This document shows positions 16,339 through 24,000 of a DNA stretch of 24,000 nt, piece by piece. The first letter of the stretch is position 1; every line of letters starts with the position of its first letter. This stretch comes from Mariprofundaceae bacterium (lineage in GTDB: Bacteria > Pseudomonadota > Zetaproteobacteria > Mariprofundales > Mariprofundaceae). The notes under the pieces were generated by a model. That model worked only from the letters and a program-made list of their open reading frames with translations. It did no database searches and had not been told where the DNA came from. The position numbers and the translations under genes are program-made. The stretch lies in the NCBI GenBank assembly GCA_021734365.1, contig JAIPJD010000004.1:1-24000 (forward strand), in the 5' to 3' direction.

Positions 16339-18249
16339 ATGCTCGAATCAATGCGGAACCAGGCTCAATCATGGATCGCCAAAGTTATCCTTGGCGGTAT
16401 CGTACTCTCTTTTGCGTTATGGGGAGTGGGTGACTACTTCATGGGCAGCCAGGTAGAGTATGTTGCAGAAGTGGATGGAAAACCCATTACGGACAGCACA
16501 TTTATCCAGACCTACGAACGCCAGCTTAATGCCTTCCGGGCCACGTTAGGCAAGGCATATTCCAAAGAGCTGGCAGAGGAGCGCGGCCTTAAAGAGAATA
16601 CTATTCAGACACTTATCAATCGCCGTCTGATGCTCGAAGAGGCGCAGAAACTCGGACTTGCAGCACCTGAAGCCGCCCTGACGGCCCGCCTGCAGGCCGA
16701 CCCCGCCTTTCAGTCTCCTGATGGATTTGATCTCGATCGATACAAAATTATCACCCGTAACATGGGCTACAGAACGACGCGTGACTATGAAGATGAACAG
16801 CGCCTGAACCTGATGGTCAATGCCCTGCAACAGGCCATTCTCGCCTCCGCACATGTGAATGACCGCGACATCAGAGAGAGTTTCAATCGTGAATTTGAAC
16901 AGCGTGTTCTCTCTGCCATCATTGTTGATCCGGCCAGCATCGGTAAAAAGATCAAAATCGATGATGCACAGGCACGCGCCTATTTTGAAGGGCATCAGCA
17001 GAAATACCGTTCTCCTCTGAAGGTAAAACTGACAGCCGTTGAAATCTCTCCTGAAACATTTACCACCGACATGGCCATTGAAGCTGCGGATGTGGAAAGC
17101 GCATACAACGAGCGTATTGCCGAATACACCACGCCTGAGCGGCGCCATGCCAGACATATTCTGATACAGGCGGAAGATGATGAAGCATCACGCAAAGCCT
17201 CTCTGGACAGGGCGAATGCGGTTAAAGCACGCCTGGATGCCGGAGAAGCATTTGCTGCAGTTGCCAGAGAGCTGTCAGATGACAAAAGCACTGCTGACAA
17301 AGGTGGTGACCTCGGCTTCTTTGCACATGGCGTCATGCTGCCTGAGTTTGATGAAGTCGTATTCAGCACCGACATAGGCAAGGTGAGCAATCCTGTTGAA
17401 TCCCAGTACGGTTACCACCTGGTCAAAATCGAAGCGATTCAGCCTGCCGCTGAAATCGCATTGAAAGATGTGTACGAAAAAATTGCCGATGATCTCCGTA
17501 AGGCCAGAGCCACGGATGAGGCCTACAAGGTTTCCCAGGATCTCGAAAACGCACTTGGCATGGAAGACTCACTAAAAGCTGCTGCAGCGATCATGAATCT
17601 GAAAGCCGTCGAAATTGGCCCGATCAGTGCCGATGAAGCACTTGGTGACGAACTGCTGGGCAGTGATGCTGCACTTCGGGTAAGGGCGTTCTCTGCTTTG
17701 CCTGGTGAAATTGTAGAAATTCAGGAGCTTGATGATGGCCGCTTTGTGGCACTTGAAATCAGCGAACGGATTGAACCTGACACATTGAGCTTTGCCGATG
17801 CGGCCGTACAGGTCTATGAAGATGCCCGTATTGCTCAGGCGGAAGAAAAGGCCGAAAACATTGCCGCCGAGATTGTTGCCAGGGCAGCAGAGACACCCAT
17901 GGAAACGCTGGCACAGCAGCATGGACAGCCGCTATATATCTCCAAACCCGTTCGCAGCAGCGGCATTGGAGATGAGGCTGACTGGCTGACACCAACACTT
18001 CTCAGGCAGGCATTCAAGGGTGCCGACAAGAGTGTGTTGCCCACCCCTGTAAAAGTTTCAAAAGGCTTCGCTGTGGTACATGTAAAAGAGATCATTTCTC
18101 CTTCAGATGATAAGTTTGAAGCCGAGAAAGAGTCGATGCGTGTCGAAGTTGAAAGGGCGAAGGGTGCTGTTCGCTTTGCCCGCTGGATGGCAACCATACG
18201 GGACAACCACGACATCATCGTGCACAGGAATATTCTCGAACGCTTCTAA
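16339..18249 (+). CDS. ppiD: periplasmic chaperone / peptidyl-prolyl isomerase PpiD
   Basis: N-terminal anchor MLESMRNQAQSWIAKVILGGIVLSFALWG and a SurA-N-like region. Parvulin domain (RHARHILI...GGDLGFF..G.M.PEFD..VF....G.VS.PV.S.YGYHLVK). Confidence 0.85.
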   Translation: MLESMRNQAQSWIAKVILGGIVLSFALWGVGDYFMGSQVEYVAEVDGKPITDSTFIQTYERQLNAFRATLGKAYSKELAEERGLKENTIQTLINRRLMLEEAQKLGLAAPEAALTARLQADPAFQSPDGFDLDRYKIITRNMGYRTTRDYEDEQRLNLMVNALQQAILASAHVNDRDIRESFNREFEQRVLSAIIVDPASIGKKIKIDDAQARAYFEGHQQKYRSPLKVKLTAVEISPETFTTDMAIEAADVESAYNERIAEYTTPERRHARHILIQAEDDEASRKASLDRANAVKARLDAGEAFAAVARELSDDKSTADKGGDLGFFAHGVMLPEFDEVVFSTDIGKVSNPVESQYGYHLVKIEAIQPAAEIALKDVYEKIADDLRKARATDEAYKVSQDLENALGMEDSLKAAAAIMNLKAVEIGPISADEALGDELLGSDAALRVRAFSALPGEIVEIQELDDGRFVALEISERIEPDTLSFADAAVQVYEDARIAQAEEKAENIAAEIVARAAETPMETLAQQHGQPLYISKPVRSSGIGDEADWLTPTLLRQAFKGADKSVLPTPVKVSKGFAVVHVKEIISPSDDKFEAEKESMRVEVERAKGAVRFARWMATIRDNHDIIVHRNILERF

Positions 18250-18273
18250 AGCGCCTCTTTTAAGCCAGATAAT

Positions 18274-18302
18274 AAAGCCGGGCTTTGAAGCCCGGCTTTT
18301 TT
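18274..18302. terminator. bidirectional rho-independent terminator between convergent ppiD and the HD-GYP gene
   Basis: AAAGCCGGGC-TTTGAA-GCCCGGCTTTTTT: a 7-bp GC stem (18277-18283 / 18290-18296) with an A-run on the left and a T-run on the right. A second hairpin GCCTGA-gcggg-TCAGGC lies at 18305-18321. Confidence 0.8.
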
Positions 18303-18336
18303 GTGCCTGAGCGGGTCAGGCCTTGTTTCGTGTGCG

Positions 18337-21300
18337 CTAAGCAGTCGATGGTGTCTCTTCTGATTCAAAGCTGAATGCCTTCTTCTCAAACAGTGTAAGA
18401 CAGGCAGCCACTACGTCGGCGTCATATAACCCGCCACTATTTGTTTCAATCTCCTCCAGAGCAGGTTTAATGCCAAGACTTGCCCGGTACGGCCGATGTG
18501 AACTCATCGCTTCGACCACATCAGCAACAGCCACAATCCTTGCCTCAAGGCATATCTGATCCCCTTTCAACCCTTGCGGATAGCCGGAGCCGTCGAGCCG
18601 TTCATGATGCTGATGGGCAATATCGGCCACCGGCCATGGGAAGTGGATATCCTTCAGAATATCAAAACCCGCCTGCGGGTGGCTCCTGATCAGGCTGTAT
18701 TCAATATCCGTCAGCCGTGACGGCTTGCTCAGTATCTCAGCCGGCAGATGAATCTTGCCGATATCATGGATGATGGCACCCATCCGGATGCCTTCGATCC
18801 GGCTCTCTTCCAGGCTCATTGCACGGGCAATGGCAGTCGCAAGTTCAACCACGCGCCGCTGGTGGCCGGCCGTATAGGGATCGCGTGCCTCCACAGCCCT
18901 GGCAACGGCGGCAATTGTCTCCTGCAGATTCCGGTGTATCTGCACCAGCTGCTGCTCATTGACTGCCATAATCTCGTCACGATGCAGGCGCAGACGCAGT
19001 GAGCGCACGCCAAAGGCAAGGTCGTCTGCTGTCTCCTGCAGCAGCTTTATTTCCCTGTCCGTAAATGCATTCACACGTTCTGCATAGACGTGCAGCAGGC
19101 CGAAAGCTTTATTATCCGCATCCATCAGGGGCAGCGCAATATCGGCTGCACAATCGGATTTGAGCAGTGCGCCACCCCACTGCTGATAATTTGAATCGAC
19201 TGCAATATCCTGCGTCACCTGGGTTTCTCCGCTCCGGATTGCACGGCCGCTGGGCCCCATGCCGGCTTTATTTTTTGCCCAGCCCGGTTGCATTTTATTC
19301 AGTAATTTTTTCTCAATGCCTGCACTGGCCATGATCTTTATCGACCGGTTTTTGTCATCCTGCGCATAACCCACCCAGGCCATCCGATACCCGTGCTGCT
19401 CAACAATTGCCCGGCAGATGGCCTGCAGCAGATCCGTCTCACTCTCCGCATGTACCAGTTCATGGTTTACCGTACTCAGTGCTATCAGCGCCCGGTTGAC
19501 ATGCTCCAGATTCTGTTCCGCCTGCTTGCGATCGGTGACATCACGGATAGTTCCTACTGCATGCCACTCGCCATGCAGATTGACTGAGGAAAGTGACAGC
19601 TCTATCGGGAATTCCGTTCCATCCTTTTTTAAACCTGTTAGTTCTACAGTTTGACCAATGACAGGCCCTTTGCCTGTCCTGATAAATGTTTTGAATCCGG
19701 AATAAAATGCCTCGTGGAATCGGGCCGGAGCAATCAGGGGGTGCAACTCCTTACCGACAGCCTCGGAGGCCGGGTAGCCGAAGAGCCTCTCGGCTGAACT
19801 GTTCCAGAAGGTGATCCTGCCTTCATGATCCATCATTAGCAGAGCGTCAAAGGCCGACGTTGCCATGGCGTGAACCGTTTCATTACTTTCTGAAAGTTTG
19901 AGCTCTGCTTCTCTGTGCTCAGTCACATCCTCCATGACGTGAATCGATAATGGTTCTTCGCCCTCCACGCACATGGTGTAGCCCTTGTTCAGGAATATCC
20001 GGCCATCTTCCAGCATGATTTCTTCTGCTGCTGCTTTTTCCAGCATCTTTGCACAGCCGGGCAGCGGCCCATCGCCTTTGGGGAACACCTCCCAGTAGAG
20101 CTTGCCGACCACCTCCCCGATCTCCATGCCGGCCTGTTCAGCATAGGCGCGGTTGGCGCGCAGGATGCGTAACTCGCTGTCATGCAGGAAGATCGGATCG
20201 GTGACCGCATCGAAGGTGCTCTCCCAATCCTTTTTGGCTGCTTCAATGGCATGCCGGGACAGGTTCAGATCCTCCAGCATGTAGAGCATGGACTGGCGGG
20301 ACTTTTCCGCCTCTTCGAGGCGTTGTTGAAGCTGCCGCTCTGCATGTACGCGATCAGTAATATCATTGGCCGCAGCGTAAAGATTATTCTCTAAGGCCGG
20401 GGATGCTCGCCACTCCAGCCATCTGTATCCACCATCTTTATGCCGGTAGCGGTTGACAAATGCCGTTGTGCTCTGGCCGGAAAGCTGTTTTTCCACTTCC
20501 TTGTAGGTCATCTCCAGATCATCGGGGTGGATGAGATCAGTAAACGGTTTGCTCAGCAGTTCTTCTTTACTGTACCCAAGAACCGTTTCCCACTCATGAT
20601 TAATCTCCTTGAAATAACCATCGGTTCCGGCAATACAGATCAGGCTGGGGACAACCGAGAAGAACTGTTCCAGCTCATGTTTTGCTTGCTCAATTTCCTT
20701 CTCCACCTGTTTTCGGCTGGAAATATCATGCTCCACTACGAAAGCACATTGCTCCCCGTGGTATTCTATCGCCCGGGCTGCAATCTCGGTAAAGAACGTT
20801 GAACCATCCTTGCATCTGTGCTCAGCCTCGAAATGAACAAGCTCTCCCTTTTTGATCAGCTCCAGTCTTTCGCCGATCTTCTCTGCCGATGATGTGGTGT
20901 CGAGCAGGGTGATCGGCTGATCGATCATCTCCTCCCGCCTGTAACCATGTTTCTCAAAAGCAGCATCATTTGCATCCACAATGACCGGGGGGCCGGACTC
21001 CTCTATTTTCAGAACCATCGCATAGTCTGCCACGCTCTGAAAAAGTGTCCGGTAGCGCTCCTCATTCCGGGCCACCTCTTCTTCGGCCCGCCTGCTTTCG
21101 GTGATATCCCGGGCTGTGGAAAGCGCACCCGTTACGGCTCCGTCAACACCCCTGAGCGCCTTGCAGTTCCAGGCCAGCAGACGCCTTTGCCCATCACTGC
21201 GATGCTGCCAGCTTTCCAGATAAATTGGGTTTTCATCGCCATCAAAGAGGGGTTGAACTGCTGTATATGTCTCCTGTTCTCCCTCAAAATAGAAACCGGC

Positions 21301-21831
21301 CTCCCTGCCGATTACATCTTCACCGAAAAACTCGATCCCCGCCCTGTTTGCCCATCTGTATATCCTGCTGCTATCCACCTCCATAACAATCTCGGGGATG
21401 GCAGCCAATAGTGCTTCGTAGCGTGCGGAAAGGGCCCTCAACCCCTCTTCCAACCGCCTGCGCTCAGAAATATCGCGGAAGATGCCTTGAATGAATTTCC
21501 TGCCATCAATCTCAATCGTGCCGGCAGTTACCTCCACAGGCACGTGATGCCCATCCCTGTGCAGGACAACAACACTCCCTTCGATGGCAGTTCCTTTTTG
21601 GATATTTTGCCGGAAGATATTCTGATAATACCCGGCCTCTTCTTTTGGATGCAGATCGGACTGATGCATGCCAATGATCTCTTTTCGTGGGCGGCCAATG
21701 AGCCCGGATGCCTGTTCGTTTCCTTCAACGATCAGGCCGGTCTCTGCATCGGCCAGAAATATGGCGTCCGGCGATGCCTCGATAATACTGACGTATATTT
21801 TCAGCCAGGCTGCATTGAGCTCATTGCTCAC
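18337..21831 (-). CDS. multi-sensor signalling protein: ~6 PAS domains, GAF, C-terminal HD-GYP (c-di-GMP phosphodiesterase type)
   Basis: 1164 aa with GTG start. Repeated PAS cores each end in DI(T/S)ERK-like motifs (RDISERRR, RDITESRR, HDISSRKQ, NDITDRVH, EDVTEHRE, RDVTDRKQ). A GAF-like block follows. The HD-GYP motifs are HDIGK and HHERLDGSGYPQG. Confidence 0.9.
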   Translation of the reverse strand: MSNELNAAWLKIYVSIIEASPDAIFLADAETGLIVEGNEQASGLIGRPRKEIIGMHQSDLHPKEEAGYYQNIFRQNIQKGTAIEGSVVVLHRDGHHVPVEVTAGTIEIDGRKFIQGIFRDISERRRLEEGLRALSARYEALLAAIPEIVMEVDSSRIYRWANRAGIEFFGEDVIGREAGFYFEGEQETYTAVQPLFDGDENPIYLESWQHRSDGQRRLLAWNCKALRGVDGAVTGALSTARDITESRRAEEEVARNEERYRTLFQSVADYAMVLKIEESGPPVIVDANDAAFEKHGYRREEMIDQPITLLDTTSSAEKIGERLELIKKGELVHFEAEHRCKDGSTFFTEIAARAIEYHGEQCAFVVEHDISSRKQVEKEIEQAKHELEQFFSVVPSLICIAGTDGYFKEINHEWETVLGYSKEELLSKPFTDLIHPDDLEMTYKEVEKQLSGQSTTAFVNRYRHKDGGYRWLEWRASPALENNLYAAANDITDRVHAERQLQQRLEEAEKSRQSMLYMLEDLNLSRHAIEAAKKDWESTFDAVTDPIFLHDSELRILRANRAYAEQAGMEIGEVVGKLYWEVFPKGDGPLPGCAKMLEKAAAEEIMLEDGRIFLNKGYTMCVEGEEPLSIHVMEDVTEHREAELKLSESNETVHAMATSAFDALLMMDHEGRITFWNSSAERLFGYPASEAVGKELHPLIAPARFHEAFYSGFKTFIRTGKGPVIGQTVELTGLKKDGTEFPIELSLSSVNLHGEWHAVGTIRDVTDRKQAEQNLEHVNRALIALSTVNHELVHAESETDLLQAICRAIVEQHGYRMAWVGYAQDDKNRSIKIMASAGIEKKLLNKMQPGWAKNKAGMGPSGRAIRSGETQVTQDIAVDSNYQQWGGALLKSDCAADIALPLMDADNKAFGLLHVYAERVNAFTDREIKLLQETADDLAFGVRSLRLRLHRDEIMAVNEQQLVQIHRNLQETIAAVARAVEARDPYTAGHQRRVVELATAIARAMSLEESRIEGIRMGAIIHDIGKIHLPAEILSKPSRLTDIEYSLIRSHPQAGFDILKDIHFPWPVADIAHQHHERLDGSGYPQGLKGDQICLEARIVAVADVVEAMSSHRPYRASLGIKPALEEIETNSGGLYDADVVAACLTLFEKKAFSFESEETPSTA

Positions 21832-22742
21832 GGCTGTTTCTCCCGATGCTCTTTTTTCAGCTCTGCAAGTTCATCGCGCAGCTCCTTGATACGGAACTCC
21901 CGGTCAACGGTTGCCCGCTGGAACCGCTCCAGCTCATCAACACGGGCAGCCAGATCTTCAGCCCTCTGCCTGCGCTCAGCTTCCAGGACAATATTGTTCA
22001 GCGCCACAGAAATATCATTGGCCACTTCACCCAGAATAGTCTGCTCCTCATCGGCAATCTGGCCATCCTCTCCGGCATAGACCTCAAATACGCCGACCGT
22101 CCTGCCCTCAACAATAAGCGGAAGCACAGCAGCATGCTCACACCCCAGCTTCAGGAAAGGGGATAGCCATGGTGCTTTACAAGCCTCTCTATCCCTGAGT
22201 TCACAAAGCTCGATAACCCCTTTCTCCAGCACGCTCTGACAGGCAAGACAGAGGTGCAATGCGCCCGGTTCCTGCAGCCTGGTGACCTCTTCGACAAGGG
22301 CTTCATCTGCAGCAGCCCATGCAGCCATTTCCAGTTTGTTGCCCCGTTGCATACCGATCCAGGCGAAGCGGAATTTACCAATCTCCACGGCACTCACGCA
22401 TGCTGCATCCAGCAGTGCCTTCTCATCAGGCTGCCTCTGCACATTCTGGTTGCAGTCGGAGAGAAATCGCAGCAGCCGGCTCGTTCTCTCCTGCTGGTAT
22501 AAATCCTTAAGAACACGTTGCCTGTTGGTCTCGGCAAAGAAGCCGAAGCCAATCAGCAGGGCTGCGATAACAAGGCGCATCGACAACTCATCAGGCTCCG
22601 ATTGGGCCAGCAGCGTTACGGATAGGGGCGCTATTTTCCAATAAAAGGTGTGTAGCAGCGCTTCCATCAACCAGTAGATGATTGCCAGGACAAGCCCCAG
22701 CCATCTCAGGTTAATTTTAAGGTGATTCGCATAGAGTGACAC
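21828..22742 (-). CDS. membrane-anchored GAF-domain protein with C-terminal coiled coil
   Basis: 304 aa. GTG start preceded by AGGAG (9-nt spacer) and an in-frame TAA. Two hydrophobic helices (LGLVLAIIYWLMEALL, LVIAALLIGFGFFA). Cys-rich GAF-like core (FAWIGM...LPLIVEGRTVGVFEVYA). Charged heptad tail (ERRQRAEDLAARVDELERFQRATVDREFRIKELRDELAELKKE). The stop overlaps the next GTG (GTGA). Confidence 0.65.
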   Translation of the reverse strand: MSLYANHLKINLRWLGLVLAIIYWLMEALLHTFYWKIAPLSVTLLAQSEPDELSMRLVIAALLIGFGFFAETNRQRVLKDLYQQERTSRLLRFLSDCNQNVQRQPDEKALLDAACVSAVEIGKFRFAWIGMQRGNKLEMAAWAAADEALVEEVTRLQEPGALHLCLACQSVLEKGVIELCELRDREACKAPWLSPFLKLGCEHAAVLPLIVEGRTVGVFEVYAGEDGQIADEEQTILGEVANDISVALNNIVLEAERRQRAEDLAARVDELERFQRATVDREFRIKELRDELAELKKEHREKQP

Positions 22743-22803
22743 TTACCATAGCTCCTGTTTAAACATATAAGAGCAGGTCGTTATTGAAGCAGCACACCTT
22801 CCA

Positions 22804-22831
22804 CATATACCCCTCACCCTTATAAGGTCAA
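22804..22831 (-). promoter_or_regulatory. candidate sigma70 promoter for the GAF / PAS-HD-GYP pair
   Basis: Minus strand reads TTGACC (22826-22831), a 16-nt spacer, then TATATG (22804-22809), about 60 nt upstream of the GTG at 22742. Motif match only. Confidence 0.35.
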
Positions 22832-22884
22832 TTTACTAGTTTAGTTTATATCCCCCGATTTGTCCATTTACAACGCGAATGGGT

Positions 22885-22917
22885 GGAAAACGGGGAGAAA
22901 AACGGGAGAAAATGGGG
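22885..22917. repeat. three tandem 11-bp purine-rich units with phased A-tracts
   Basis: GGAAAACGGGG / AGAAAAACGGG / AGAAAATGGGG, contiguous with an exact 11-bp period, in the intergenic region upstream of the candidate promoter. Confidence 0.7.
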
Positions 22918-23071
22918 ACAGTGTACTAATTAAATTTTCTCTCAGGCAATTTACCAAAAAAGGGCAGGCATCGTGCACAACTCTTTATGCTGCATTGAGT
23001 CTGGCCCGCCTGCGGCAGAAAATGTATGTTTCGCAGCAATGAAAACCGTTGCAGACATCACTGCTCAAAAG

Positions 23072-23109
23072 AAAAAAGCCGGAAACCGCACAGTGGCAAT
23101 TTCCGGCTT
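23072..23109 (-). terminator. rho-independent terminator downstream of tRNA-Ala
   Basis: Minus strand reads AGCCGGAAA-(loop)-TTTCCGGCTTTTTTCTTTT. The 8-bp stem is 23078-23085 / 23100-23107, followed by a U-run. Confidence 0.7.
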
Positions 23110-23115
23110 TGTGTC

Positions 23116-23191
23116 TGGTGGAGCCAAGCGGGATCGAACCGCTGACCTCCACACTGCCAGTGTGGCGCTCTCCCAGCTGAGCTATGGCCCC
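23116..23191 (-). tRNA. tRNA-Ala (anticodon GGC)
   Basis: The minus-strand 76-nt sequence is GGGGCCATAGCTCAGCTGGGAGAGCGCCACACTGGCAGTGTGGAGGTCAGCGGTTCGATCCCGCTTGGCTCCACCA. It folds as a cloverleaf with anticodon loop CT-GGC-AG, the G3:U70 Ala identity pair, a GGTTCGATCC T-arm and an encoded CCA. Confidence 0.95.
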
Positions 23192-23225
23192 GGAGCAATG
23201 GATCTCCCGATCCGTTGCGGTCGCG

Positions 23226-23255
23226 AATACAGCCATGCACACATGGCAGTGTCAA
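23226..23255 (-). promoter_or_regulatory. candidate tRNA-Ala promoter
   Basis: Minus strand has a perfect TTGACA (23250-23255), an 18-nt spacer and TGTATT (23226-23231). A GC-rich discriminator (CGCGACCGC) follows, about 30 nt upstream of the mature 5' end. Confidence 0.45.
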
Positions 23256-23276
23256 CACCAATTGGGGATAGATAAA

Positions 23277-24000
23277 GTGAAGCTTTTTAAGCACACGCTT
23301 TCAGCCGACTGCCTGACACCGCCGGGCGTTTTCTCCCGCCTCGTAAATCGCGGCGACTGCTTCATGTTTGAATCGGCTGAGGGTGGTGAACAGTGGGGCC
23401 GTTTCAGCATTCTCGGTATCAGCCCGGCATGCCGGGCAACCGCTAACGGAAACGTCACACACCTGCTTCATCGTGATGGCAGTGAAGAGACTGTCGACTG
23501 CGGTATTCTTGACTGGTTGCGTGACCATGTGCTGAACCAGACGTTTATTCCGGAAGATGACCTGCCGTTTGCCGGTGGGGCAGTGGGTTATTTCGGTTAT
23601 CAGATCGTTTCACAATTTGAAGATATCCCTGCCGACCTTCCCGATCCGGTGGGCGCACCCGAATCGGCTTATCTGCTGGTCGATCGCTTCATGGTATTCG
23701 ACAATCTCAAAGGTACACTGACCTGCTGTGTCCGCCTGCCGGAACATGAATCTGAAGAGGCTGAGAGCGTATTAAACCGGATGGAGGCAAGCCTCTATGA
23801 GGGTGAAGTGGCCCATGCCCTGAATCTGGATGCCGATACCACCCTGAGCGAGCCGCCGGTAGCTCTAACCACACAGGCTGATTTTGAAGCGGCTGTTTCC
23901 AAAGCGCGTGAGTACATTCATGCCGGTGATATTTTTCAGGTGGTACTGAGCCAGCGCTTTTCCAAGAAACTGAATTGCGCACCGTTTGATCTCTACCGTG
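23277..24000 (+). CDS. trpE: anthranilate synthase component I (5' part; runs off window end)
   Basis: Translation from GTG 23277 (GGGGA SD ~9 nt upstream) gives KLFKHTLSADCLTPPGVFSRL, FMFESAEGGEQWGRFSILG, GGAVGYFGYQIV and AGDIFQVVLSQRF. These are TrpE hallmarks. It is not in the ORF track because no stop is reached. An in-frame ATG at 23235 is a possible alternative start, but it would overlap the tRNA promoter. Confidence 0.85.
   Translation, partial: MKLFKHTLSADCLTPPGVFSRLVNRGDCFMFESAEGGEQWGRFSILGISPACRATANGNVTHLLHRDGSEETVDCGILDWLRDHVLNQTFIPEDDLPFAGGAVGYFGYQIVSQFEDIPADLPDPVGAPESAYLLVDRFMVFDNLKGTLTCCVRLPEHESEEAESVLNRMEASLYEGEVAHALNLDADTTLSEPPVALTTQADFEAAVSKAREYIHAGDIFQVVLSQRFSKKLNCAPFDLYR

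Noticed and set aside
2803-22080. Many long antisense or alternate-frame ORFs in the track (e.g. 2803-3405+, 4063-4569+, 9730-10245+, 12697-13347+, 16546-17157-, 17835-18218-, 20947-21411+, 21487-22080+)
   Set aside because: Each lies wholly inside a gene with clear family motifs on the other strand or frame. Their translations are low-complexity (Ser/Arg/Pro/Ala-rich) with no recognisable motifs or RBS, which is typical of shadow ORFs in moderately GC-rich DNA.
22860-23042. 60-aa ORF (TTG start) in the intergenic region between the sensor operon and tRNA-Ala
   Set aside because: It has no SD, a non-ATG start and a composition driven by the purine repeats. It also runs into the tRNA terminator. 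There is no support for coding.
22743-23191. tRNA-Ala as a possible genomic-island integration site for the adjacent sensor genes
   Set aside because: There is no integrase, no phage or IS genes, and I could not find a direct repeat of the tRNA 3' end anywhere in the window.
23235-23276. In-frame ATG at 23235 as the trpE start
   Set aside because: It has no SD and would overlap the candidate tRNA promoter. The GTG at 23277 has a GGGGA SD at proper spacing. The question remains open, so it is mentioned in the feature evidence.
1-24000. CRISPR arrays, IS elements or transposases, toxin-antitoxin pairs, and classic defence-system genes
   Set aside because: I scanned the intergenic regions and ORF translations. 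I found no spaced direct-repeat arrays, no DDE or serine/tyrosine recombinase motifs, and no small paired ORFs outside the annotated operons.

Overview
This looks like a Gram-negative, proteobacterial-type chromosomal segment, transcribed almost entirely from the minus strand. I found no rRNA, CRISPR array, transposase or integrase.

Layout from left to right:
- (1) The tail of an unknown gene and a polytopic membrane protein, both on the + strand.
- (2) A ten-gene minus-strand operon led by a cobalamin riboswitch: btuB-tonB-btuF-btuC-btuD-cobO-[DUF559 cassette]-cbiX-cobA-2Fe2S ferredoxin. Most junctions are ATGA/GTGA/TTGA overlaps. A Fur-box-like palindrome overlaps the 5' edge of the riboswitch.
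- (3) A minus-strand run with no visible terminator. It holds an atypical Mla/MCE-type envelope transport module, followed by ubiD and a membrane-anchored protein with about 15 Sel1 repeats. The module comprises a MlaE-like permease, an ABC-ATPase homologue that has lost Walker A, the LSGGQ signature and the Walker B Asp, an MCE protein with a long helical tail, a TPR-like lipoprotein and a STAS protein.
- (4) ppiD on the + strand, ending at a bidirectional terminator.
- (5) A GTGA-coupled sensor pair on the minus strand: a TM-GAF-coiled-coil protein and a 1164-aa 6xPAS-GAF-HD-GYP protein.
- (6) tRNA-Ala(GGC) with its promoter and terminator, and the 5' part of trpE (+).

The best candidate for something undescribed is the Mla/MCE-like operon built around a catalytically dead ATPase subunit. 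Secondary leads:
- The DUF559 gene boxed in by 32-bp inverted repeats inside the B12 operon.
- An A6 tract that could fuse the two sensor genes by a -1 shift.
- The combination of a Fur-like box with a B12 riboswitch.
- A tonB whose conserved N-terminus lies upstream of any canonical start codon.

All functional calls come from reading motifs by eye. No database search was run.
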